The notes beneath the pieces were generated by a model. It searched no databases, had not been told where the DNA came from, and saw nothing but the letters and a program-made list of their open reading frames with translations. Below are positions 10,678 to 18,833 of a stretch of DNA of 23,913 bases, piece after piece. The position numbers and the translations under genes are program-made. Source of the DNA: an archaeon (GTDB lineage Archaea; Asgardarchaeota; Heimdallarchaeia; Hodarchaeales; S146-22); assembly GCA_024276395.1 (NCBI GenBank), contig JAJRXH010000202.1, positions 1 to 23,913 of the forward strand, read 5' to 3'. Position 1 is the stretch's first letter. Every line of letters begins with the position of its first letter.

Positions 10678-12150
10678 ATGACAACCGGGGAAACATACAT
10701 GTCCTCAATTGACGATTTATTCGAAGAAATAGAAGAAGTCATCTCAATTCCGACAAGGAAAGCAAAAAGAAAAAAAATAATAGAATATAATCCAGAAGAT
10801 TTCATTTCACACCTAAGTCTCACGAGACGAGGAATGCTTATCACCATGGTCATCATCATTGACTTCGGACTCTACCTTTCCACCTCCCTCCCTTTTTTCG
10901 GTATCATCCTCATCATTTTTTCCGTCTTGTTTGCTATTGACTATTACTTATTCGTCAAAAATCCACTAGAAAATCTTCTCATCAAGCGACACATCGATCG
11001 AGCTTTGATGTTCGAAGGAGATTACAGCCTCGTGGAAGTTGAGGTCACCAACACGCATCCTACCAAGCCTATTGGTCTTCTAGAGGTAGAAGAGTATTAT
11101 CAGCCAGAAATCAAAGTCTTAACCACGAAGGAAAAACTAACCAAAAGCATGGCATTAGGACCAAAAGAATCTAATTACTTGAGGTATCTCTTTAAAATTG
11201 AACAAATGGGAAAGTACATCATCGGACCAATCAAGATGACTATAAAGGACTTTCTAGGTCTTTTTTCAGTCAACGTGATCGCACCTATTTTCGATGATGT
11301 CATCATCTTTCCTAGAATCGAAGACGCACAACGAATGTTCCAAGTTGCACAACGAAGAAAGTTAGGAAGATTTTTCGACATATTTCGACAAAAAGAAATC
11401 GGTTCTGGGTTAGACTTCTTTGGATTACGTGAATACGAACGAACTGATGATCATCGTGCTATTGACTGGAAAGCCTCTGCTAAAAGAAACATGGATCCTT
11501 TGATGGTACGGATTTATGAAACAGTCAATCCTTTAAACATTCTCATTGCATTAGACGCTGGAAAAAGCATGCTAGTGAGACTTGATAATGGAAAAACTAA
11601 ATATGAGGCAGTTCTCCCCATAGTAGCTTTTCTCATCCTGCTAGGACTATCCACGCGTGACAACGTGGGACTAGCCATCTTCGATTCAGAGGTAACTGCA
11701 TTCTTGAAACCAGCAAACCAACGAAAGGTCTTCTTTGACGCATTAAGACTGTTTGCAATGAGCAACAAAGGTAACAAGACTAGTTATCGACAATTAGCAA
11801 ATTACATCGTTGCTGGGGTAAGAGAACGAACTCTGGTCATCATCGTGACAGACTTGGAAGGAGATGTGGAAGAATTACATGAATGCATCCGAATTTTGAG
11901 GCTAAAAAAGTTTCCCGTTCTATTATTGTATCTAAAAAATGAAGAACTCGAATTTGATGTGCCCTTATCATCATTTGAGGACAAAATTTTCCTAGAAACC
12001 TATCTCGCTCATCGTGCTGCTGATATCATCCGAGAAGTAAGGAAAAAAGGAGTATCCACGATGACACTGAGACGTGAAGATTTCGAGAAACTGACCTTCC
12101 CGGTTACGCTTGAAAGATGGATTTCGTTGGTATCTCAAGCAAGGAGGTAA
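10678..12150 (+). CDS. DUF58 (vWA-like) membrane-associated protein
   Basis: DUF58 motif GLDFFGLREYERTDDHRAIDWKASAKRNMDPLMVRIYE followed by ILIALDAGKSM. Two N-terminal TM segments. Immediately downstream of MoxR. An alternative start at 10699 is possible (GGGGAA upstream). Confidence 0.9.
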   Translation: MTTGETYMSSIDDLFEEIEEVISIPTRKAKRKKIIEYNPEDFISHLSLTRRGMLITMVIIIDFGLYLSTSLPFFGIILIIFSVLFAIDYYLFVKNPLENLLIKRHIDRALMFEGDYSLVEVEVTNTHPTKPIGLLEVEEYYQPEIKVLTTKEKLTKSMALGPKESNYLRYLFKIEQMGKYIIGPIKMTIKDFLGLFSVNVIAPIFDDVIIFPRIEDAQRMFQVAQRRKLGRFFDIFRQKEIGSGLDFFGLREYERTDDHRAIDWKASAKRNMDPLMVRIYETVNPLNILIALDAGKSMLVRLDNGKTKYEAVLPIVAFLILLGLSTRDNVGLAIFDSEVTAFLKPANQRKVFFDALRLFAMSNKGNKTSYRQLANYIVAGVRERTLVIIVTDLEGDVEELHECIRILRLKKFPVLLLYLKNEELEFDVPLSSFEDKIFLETYLAHRAADIIREVRKKGVSTMTLRREDFEKLTFPVTLERWISLVSQARR

Positions 12151-12153
12151 GAA

Positions 12154-13950
12154 ATGTTGATGACTATTAAGAAAACAGCAGGATATCGTCCAGCTAGCCG
12201 CAAATTATCTGAGCTACCCTTGTATTTTGAAAGATTACTACCTTTCACGGGAATTTTGAGAGTTGCTTTCATTGATCTGATGATCCTAAGCATGCTCGGC
12301 ATCTTCATTTTCTTCGATTATGCTTCTTTAATAGTTCGAATCACTCGTGGATTAATTCGTCGTGATCTCATTCTTAGGTATTTTTCGTTGAAGGATCAGG
12401 AAATCTTATTAATTCTACTTCTAGTAATTCTATACAATATTAGTAACATTTTTTGGATATTGAAGCCTAAAAAGATTCCGTTTGGTGAAACTTACATTCT
12501 TTTTTCGTTTATTTTCATCATTCTATTCAATGATGGCATCTTGGTACTTCTCAATGCGGACCAATTCCTCCATTACACCCTAGAACACGCACCAATAGAT
12601 TGGATACTATTAAGTTTTCTCATAGGTCTTACTTTTTTCACGATCTGGTTCGAACGTTACGTTAGGAAAAACAGACCGAAGAATATTTTTGATCTTGATC
12701 CGAATAGCATCGTCGAAACACTCAATTTCTTGATTTTTCTTCTCTTTACCTTGTTTCCCTTATTCATATTGCTCTTTCATCCTTTTTACAATCCAAAAGG
12801 TACCATTGTTTTGATAGATATGACCATGAACCTTTTGATTTCTCTTGATCCTTTAGATATCATGGGCACTCTAGATCAATGGTTCTACATTCTTCTAGAT
12901 GGATGGAAAGTTCTCCTCCTACTGGGTACTTACATCATTACCTTTTATCTAATGTTTCGTGCTACTAAGCAGCACGTGCTATCCAAGTTGGGTATGACCA
13001 TTCAAAAAAAGAAAAAAGTTCTTTCAACACGCCAATTCATTCGCGATCAGAAATACAAGCTAGTGGGGCTTGCACTCGTGACGGGATCTCACACGATAAA
13101 AGATCCTTATAGTAGTATTTTATGGATTTCACTTCCTCTCATTTCATTGTTCCTCATTTACAAGGATGAACTAAATCGTTTTCAACTATTTGTACTCACG
13201 ACCATCTTAGCTAGTATCTTTGTAAGTCGATGGATTCTTACCACCAACCTAGATACTGGTTACTATAATTTCTCAATTTTTAGCGTTTCCCTGTTTATTT
13301 CAATAATTGGGCTATTCATCACGTTAGTCTTCATCAGAAGTGGATATTTTGTTAGTATTGGCCTATTTGCAATTGCCATCCTCATTACCTATACCTTTTG
13401 GGACACCTATGAATATCTTTTCATTGCAGCCTTGCTTATCATTTTAGGAATTTTTTGGCTCCAACAACTTCAAAACATCGTCATTCCCTCACAAAAACTT
13501 TGTAACTCAGGAAAAGAGGCAAGAAGTCTTCTAGAGAATGAAGAAATCTTTTGGAGTGGAATACAAGAACGATTTTCATTGTCAGATGACTTGATGAATA
13601 GAATTCAATCCTATGTTTACTCTACACTCCAAAATGATCAAGAAAAAGTTCTCGAAATCATTTATGAGCCAGAAAAACCCTATAATGCAGTCATTTTCAC
13701 GGAACAAACCTTTTATAAGGCATTCCAGCTTGCAATTTCCATTTTAGCACCTCTTTTCGTATTGCCTTTAATCTTAATTTACATTCCCATTCCCTTCTTG
13801 GGACTTTATCATTCATCATCAGCCGGAAATTTCGCCGTTATAGTAATTTTATCGCTATACTTACTATCATTTGTTTTGATTTGGCTTCCTCCCATCCCCA
13901 TTCCCAAGTTTAAGGAAATGGAACTAGAATACAGGAGGTTTAAGCAATAG
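12154..13950 (+). CDS. Polytopic integral membrane protein of the MoxR/DUF58 module, function unknown
   Basis: Many hydrophobic helices throughout. Strong SD AAGGAGGT ends 5 nt before the ATG. Same strand, 3-nt gap after the DUF58 gene. Confidence 0.85.
   Translation: MLMTIKKTAGYRPASRKLSELPLYFERLLPFTGILRVAFIDLMILSMLGIFIFFDYASLIVRITRGLIRRDLILRYFSLKDQEILLILLLVILYNISNIFWILKPKKIPFGETYILFSFIFIILFNDGILVLLNADQFLHYTLEHAPIDWILLSFLIGLTFFTIWFERYVRKNRPKNIFDLDPNSIVETLNFLIFLLFTLFPLFILLFHPFYNPKGTIVLIDMTMNLLISLDPLDIMGTLDQWFYILLDGWKVLLLLGTYIITFYLMFRATKQHVLSKLGMTIQKKKKVLSTRQFIRDQKYKLVGLALVTGSHTIKDPYSSILWISLPLISLFLIYKDELNRFQLFVLTTILASIFVSRWILTTNLDTGYYNFSIFSVSLFISIIGLFITLVFIRSGYFVSIGLFAIAILITYTFWDTYEYLFIAALLIILGIFWLQQLQNIVIPSQKLCNSGKEARSLLENEEIFWSGIQERFSLSDDLMNRIQSYVYSTLQNDQEKVLEIIYEPEKPYNAVIFTEQTFYKAFQLAISILAPLFVLPLILIYIPIPFLGLYHSSSAGNFAVIVILSLYLLSFVLIWLPPIPIPKFKEMELEYRRFKQ
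13933..13939 (+). promoter_or_regulatory. Shine-Dalgarno AGGAGGT positioned for an ATA start at 13947
   Basis: AGGAGGT at 13933-13939, then 7 nt, then ATA 13947-13949, in frame with the ORF at 14103 and overlapping the TAG stop (13948-13950) of the preceding gene. Confidence 0.6.
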
Positions 13951-14102
13951 CATACCAGCCATTTGCGAATATCAGGGATGTTGTCTTTATCATCAGTACT
14001 CTAATTTCCTTAAGCTTCATAATACTCTTCATTTCTTTCAAATGGCGGACTGAGTCCAAGAAGTTAGAAGCAATCTACGACTTAACACCAATATACGAAA
14101 AA
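13947..14102 (+). other. Probable 5' coding extension of the zinc-ribbon gene, encoding an N-terminal transmembrane anchor
   Basis: Open frame with no stops: (M)AYQPFANIRDVVFIISTLISLSFIILFISFKWRTESKKLEAIYDLTPIYEK, joining the ATG at 14103. It contains a hydrophobic helix followed by a basic KWR. Confidence 0.7.
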
Positions 14103-16691
14103 ATGGTCAAAGAACGGACAGATAATCAACAAAAAATCATCAAAACGGAAAATGATGAGTTTTCCATCCAAATTACAGTAGGTAAAACGTTTAGGGATCC
14201 TAATACAGGCTTAAATATCGTACTCTGTCCCAAGTGTTTTAACAAGATGTCGTTGTTCCTATGGCAAGGAACAAAAAGATGCTTGAGTTGTGGTCAAGGA
14301 ATTGGAAAAATTGAAGAACTAGAAATTAACTACACGCAACCACAAGTAGGTACCATAATTGAAAATGAATTGCTACGTTCCCAATGGGTAGAGTGCCCGG
14401 TCTGTGGATATAATAACACGCTAACTGCCATTGAAACAAATAAGATATGTTCTTCGTGCTCTGTCATCATTGGAAGCCTTCTCAACCCATCTACTGGTGA
14501 ACTCATCACGCTTGACATCGAAGAGATACTCATTGAGTACGAAAATAAATTTCAGGATGAGGAGAAAACCAGTAATTTACCGTTGCTCCAAATCAGTAAT
14601 GACGAAAAAATACTCCAAGATAGTTTGGCAGAAGGACTATTAGGGTTCTGGGAGGAAAGATGGCAAGTTAAATGCCTGTATTGTGGGTACATGAATGATG
14701 CGTCTTTGGTTAACAATTTCACTAATTTCAAGTGTGAACATTGCTTGCAACCAATTAAATCCCTCAAGTTCGACGAGAAGAGCCCAATCATGAACATTGA
14801 ATTAACTCCCATTGAATGTCCTCAATGCTCATTGGTGTATGAAAATAAAGAGAAATTACTAGAACTCATCGAACAAGAACTCACTTGCCAATGTGAATTC
14901 TCATTATTTGAGTATCTGCGTGATCCCGTCAAGGAAAAGGAATTTTATTCGAGAATGGTAGAATTACAAGTTAAATCCATGGAAGAAATTGAGTCAGATA
15001 GCTCAGAGAGAAAAGATGAAGAAAAATCAAACAAGCGCTTGTGTCCTTCGTGTTTCTCTCTCTATGATCTTGATGTCTTCGAATGCCCCACCTGTGATCT
15101 TTATTTAGATCCTGAAATGGCCAAGGCAGAAGAGCTAGATCCTTACGCCAAAGATTGGGCTTATCCATATACCGTTGATGAATTAGAAAAACTCATTGAA
15201 ATCCCGCCGTATGTGGCACGGAAGATTTATTGCGCAACTTGTGACGCTTACCATGAAAAATACAAGCTTCTCGCGGATAACGTGTTTTCATGTCCCCTTG
15301 ATCTTACTGATCTCACAAAACACAAGAGTTATTGTCAAAATTGCTCAATACAGTATCCCACTAATTACAATTTCTGCATGGAATGCGGGAAACAACTTGA
15401 AATCTTAGAAGTCGAAGTGTACATACCGCCACGGCTAAAAGAAACCACAGCTCCACCCACACCAGAACACGAGCCCAGTCCAATGACGATAAGAATTTTT
15501 TGTCTTGATTGCCAAGAAGAACACGAATATGACCTTGTACCACGATATTGCAAGAAATGTGGAGGGAAAATCGAGAAGAGTATGCATTTTTGTCCCCAAT
15601 GTCAAGTTTATTATCCGGTAACCTACAAGTTCTGTCGAATATGTGGCAAAGAACTAACAGAAAAAGTTCTTCCACAAGCAGATCGAATTACCATTACCGA
15701 AAAAGCCGCGATTTATTGTCATCACTGTCGAAAAAGTCAAACCTATACTTTTGTCCCAGCCGCTTGTTACAATTGTTTCATGCCGTTAGAAGTGAATGAA
15801 CTAAGATATTGTCAAAAATGCAAGATTAATTACCCACGTTTCTATAAATACTGCCAAGAATGTGGAAAACCACTCTCCTTCTCTAGAATTTCCCTACCAA
15901 AGCCATCAAAGTTAAAGAGCGTCCCCATTTATTGTAGTCCATGCCAAGAAACATATTTCTATCAGCATCCAGCAAAATATTGCAAGAAATGTGGACAATA
16001 CAACCGATTACAACCGTTGAGACGATGCCCACAATGTTTAGCCATTCAATCTCCTAATTTTAAATATTGCAAGAATTGTAAAGCGACGACAATAACTTGG
16101 ATTCCAAACCCCTTTGAAGTCAACCCGTCTCTATTAGAGGCATTCACTAAAATTGAACTGGAGAGTACACAACAAACTTCAATGGAAGAACTACAAACAA
16201 TAGAGCATCAAATTCCTCCAACCACCTCTCAACAAATAGAAGTTCCACGACTTACTCCTAGTAGTAGCTCATCTGCTTCAGCAATTCCAATCACTCAAGT
16301 TGACAAAAACCAATCTAAAAAACAAAAGATCGAAGCACTCCCAAGGGATGTTAAGAGTGATGACCAAAAAATCACTGAAAAAGGATTGATTGAAGAACAA
16401 GTAAAGCAATTTTTGGTAGATTATTTGAGAAAAAACAAATGGAAGTTAATCGATCCCGCCAAAATAGGCTTCAAAGTTGATATCATTGCTTCCAAAAGGA
16501 AAAAATTAATCGGCATTCAAGTCTCTAGCAATCCTACTACGGCGATGATGGATGAGCTGCTTTTCACGGGTTTTCCGGGAAAGTGGGCAATCTTTGTATT
16601 AAATAATGATGATGGGCAAGATCTTGGAAGAAATACCTTCCACGTGAAAACGTTGGACGCCTTGAGAAAGATCATCGATTCACTCGTGTAA
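14103..16691 (+). CDS. Multi-zinc-ribbon protein with C-terminal PD-(D/E)XK nuclease-like domain
   Basis: About 51 cysteines, mostly in CxxC pairs, forming about 13 ribbon modules. C-terminal EEQVKQFLVDYLRKNKWKLIDPAKIGFKVDIIASKRKKLIGIQVSSN resembles Mrr-like/restriction-endonuclease-fold domains. Likely true start upstream (see 13947). Confidence 0.85.
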   Translation: MVKERTDNQQKIIKTENDEFSIQITVGKTFRDPNTGLNIVLCPKCFNKMSLFLWQGTKRCLSCGQGIGKIEELEINYTQPQVGTIIENELLRSQWVECPVCGYNNTLTAIETNKICSSCSVIIGSLLNPSTGELITLDIEEILIEYENKFQDEEKTSNLPLLQISNDEKILQDSLAEGLLGFWEERWQVKCLYCGYMNDASLVNNFTNFKCEHCLQPIKSLKFDEKSPIMNIELTPIECPQCSLVYENKEKLLELIEQELTCQCEFSLFEYLRDPVKEKEFYSRMVELQVKSMEEIESDSSERKDEEKSNKRLCPSCFSLYDLDVFECPTCDLYLDPEMAKAEELDPYAKDWAYPYTVDELEKLIEIPPYVARKIYCATCDAYHEKYKLLADNVFSCPLDLTDLTKHKSYCQNCSIQYPTNYNFCMECGKQLEILEVEVYIPPRLKETTAPPTPEHEPSPMTIRIFCLDCQEEHEYDLVPRYCKKCGGKIEKSMHFCPQCQVYYPVTYKFCRICGKELTEKVLPQADRITITEKAAIYCHHCRKSQTYTFVPAACYNCFMPLEVNELRYCQKCKINYPRFYKYCQECGKPLSFSRISLPKPSKLKSVPIYCSPCQETYFYQHPAKYCKKCGQYNRLQPLRRCPQCLAIQSPNFKYCKNCKATTITWIPNPFEVNPSLLEAFTKIELESTQQTSMEELQTIEHQIPPTTSQQIEVPRLTPSSSSSASAIPITQVDKNQSKKQKIEALPRDVKSDDQKITEKGLIEEQVKQFLVDYLRKNKWKLIDPAKIGFKVDIIASKRKKLIGIQVSSNPTTAMMDELLFTGFPGKWAIFVLNNDDGQDLGRNTFHVKTLDALRKIIDSLV
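15225..16085 (+). repeat. Tandem double-zinc-ribbon protein repeat, 4 copies, the last three spaced exactly 216 nt (72 aa)
   Basis: IYC/IFC anchor codons at 15225, 15495, 15711 and 15927. Consensus [I][YF]CxxC...YxxxPxxCxxC......[FY]CxxC...YPxxYK[FY]CxxCGKxL. Confidence 0.85.
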
Positions 16692-16704
16692 CTGGTGAGA
16701 AGAT

Positions 16705-18381
16705 ATGGACGAACGTAAAAAGATGAAAATATGGATATTCATCATCTTGATATGCTCTAGTTCAATCATGCTAACCCATTTTTCTATAATGATGTCAACA
16801 CAGAATCGATACTTGCTTAATTTCAAGCAAAATGAAATGATAACAAGTCACTCTCATAAAAAAGATTATAGTCATTTAGTATCTCAAAAAACTCCCTTTC
16901 ATCAAAAAACGCCATTCATTAAGCAAGTTCAGGAGATCGGTACACTCTCTGTACATCCTTATCATCTCGAGGCCATTAATGATAGCCTACAAATTGAATC
17001 GAATTTTATCTTTAATGCGACATTAGATCGAACAATCTATGGAAGTGGTAGTATCATTCACATTAAAGGGTATCTAGGTTACGCTAACAATACGCCCATT
17101 GCCGGTAATGAAGTCAACATCACCTTTCTTGATGCAGTTAACAACAAGTTGACTAGCACCACGGAAAACACGCGTTTGGACGGAAGTTGGAACGTGGATT
17201 ATCAACTTTCTTCCTCAACTCCCACTGGAGGCTATCACGTAGAAGTTTGGACGAAAGTAAATGAATCGATCTTGTCCCTATCATTAACCTATACTGTTGT
17301 CGCACGCAGTTCAATTACTTTCATCTCGAATTCAACTCTTCCTAATCCACCCATTCACTATTTCCCCTTTTCAATCATCGTCAAGTTGAGTTCTCAAGAA
17401 ATAAGCGATGCTAAAATTATATTCACGACTGACGAAGGTATTACATGGAAACAAGCAACTCTAGTAAGTTCCACAGAAGACCCAGCAACATTCACCGCAT
17501 TGCTAGGACCTTTTAACAAGAGCATAAATAAATTACAATGGTTTGCTGTCATCATTGATAGTGATGGAAAAATAAAGGAATCTCAAATACAGGTAATCTC
17601 TTTTCGTCCGTTTAACGCTTCCATCACGATAGATATCACCTCAACTCCCTACACGCACGTGACTCACGTTTGGAATGTAACAATCAATACTAATTTACCA
17701 GAAGATTACTACTACATAAAAGTGAAAGCAGCCTTTCTTGGTAATGAGCAAGAGTTTTACTTGCCTACTTGGAAAGTAAGAGCTGGTTTTTATCAGTTCT
17801 CTTTCAACACGACAATGACTGGAACATGGACTTTTACTGCGGAATTACGATCGACATTCAATAATTCAATTTTAAAACAACAATCAGAAACCACCTATCT
17901 GTCCTTAATGGACATTCATCCACCTCGAATCCAAAATGTCGAGTATGATAAAAGTAGCATCTTCAATGATTTGCCAGTTGTTGTTACCATCATCATCGAA
18001 GAAAATCATACTTACCATGATTTACTAGTTTTCGTGAAATACCGTCAAGGTACCATTGAAGAAGGTCCTACTACCCAATGGTCAGTCAAAACCCTATTAT
18101 CGCCTGGACAGAATAGCCAAGATACCGTGAAAATTCAATGGGAAATCCCAGTTACATTAAAAGAGGGAGATTTATTTCAATTTCAAGTGATAGCAATTGA
18201 TGGATTCAATAACACTGCATCTTCAAGACTTTATACCATTTCTTATCCCTTAACAAGGGAAGAATCCACTAATTTTCCCTTCTACATGTTCTTAATCACA
18301 TTGATGATGTTTTTTTTCAATAAGTTCAAAAGAACTCGAATGCTGAAAAATGAGAAGATTCTTAATCAAGGAGATGTATGA
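16705..18381 (+). CDS. Ig-like-domain extracellular protein with N-terminal signal/TM and C-terminal TM anchor
   Basis: N-terminal MKIWIFIILICSSSIMLTHFSIMM. Ig-like segments such as IYGSGSIIHIKGYLGYANNTPIAGNEVNITFLD...DGSWNVDYQLSSSTPTGGYHVEVW. C-terminal FYMFLITLMMFFFNKFKRTR. SD-like GGTGAG upstream. Confidence 0.8.
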   Translation: MDERKKMKIWIFIILICSSSIMLTHFSIMMSTQNRYLLNFKQNEMITSHSHKKDYSHLVSQKTPFHQKTPFIKQVQEIGTLSVHPYHLEAINDSLQIESNFIFNATLDRTIYGSGSIIHIKGYLGYANNTPIAGNEVNITFLDAVNNKLTSTTENTRLDGSWNVDYQLSSSTPTGGYHVEVWTKVNESILSLSLTYTVVARSSITFISNSTLPNPPIHYFPFSIIVKLSSQEISDAKIIFTTDEGITWKQATLVSSTEDPATFTALLGPFNKSINKLQWFAVIIDSDGKIKESQIQVISFRPFNASITIDITSTPYTHVTHVWNVTINTNLPEDYYYIKVKAAFLGNEQEFYLPTWKVRAGFYQFSFNTTMTGTWTFTAELRSTFNNSILKQQSETTYLSLMDIHPPRIQNVEYDKSSIFNDLPVVVTIIIEENHTYHDLLVFVKYRQGTIEEGPTTQWSVKTLLSPGQNSQDTVKIQWEIPVTLKEGDLFQFQVIAIDGFNNTASSRLYTISYPLTREESTNFPFYMFLITLMMFFFNKFKRTRMLKNEKILNQGDV

Positions 18382-18821
18382 CCATGGGAAACGTGATAAA
18401 TTTAAATTTGCATTCCTACTTTCAAGATGTCTCTAATAAATGGCTGGAACTACTTAACACGTTGAGCTTGCAAGTACCTAACCACCCACAACTAAATCAC
18501 CTGATGACTCTTTATGAAGATCTCGAACAAATTAAGTTCGAGGTTCAGTATCTTCCATCACCCTCATCATCACTCCTAAAAAGACAAAAAAATATGTATG
18601 AAGTCCTCATGCTATTAAGTGCCGTGTTATGTCAAAAAATCCTTAGGATCATCGTGAACTTACATGACCAAGTAAGTCTTCATCAAAAATACCTAGAAGT
18701 GGAAGAAATTGAAGAAGTTACAAGACTCATAAGACAGGTAGAGCAAGTAAATCGAATGCTCCTAAGACTCCTCCAAGGTGAAGATCTCAACACAACCCTC
18801 ATCAAGAAAATGGAACAATAA
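18378..18821 (+). CDS. 147-aa alpha-helical protein of unknown function
   Basis: ATGA 4-bp overlap with the upstream ORF; AAGGAG SD just upstream. Predicted all-helical composition. Confidence 0.75.
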   Translation: MTMGNVINLNLHSYFQDVSNKWLELLNTLSLQVPNHPQLNHLMTLYEDLEQIKFEVQYLPSPSSSLLKRQKNMYEVLMLLSAVLCQKILRIIVNLHDQVSLHQKYLEVEEIEEVTRLIRQVEQVNRMLLRLLQGEDLNTTLIKKMEQ

Positions 18822-18833
18822 CATGCTAAAGCA

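Noticed and set aside
14330-15799. Short ORFs within the zinc-ribbon gene (e.g. 14330..14533 -, 15196..15408 +, 15361..15675 -, 15548..15799 +)
   Set aside because: The Cys-ribbon frame is clearly coding; these are shadow ORFs with no independent support.
12985-16691. CRISPR or DNA-level tandem repeat array
   Set aside because: The periodicities seen are protein-level repeats (zinc ribbons, LRRs) with divergent nucleotide sequence. No short identical repeats with unique spacers were found.
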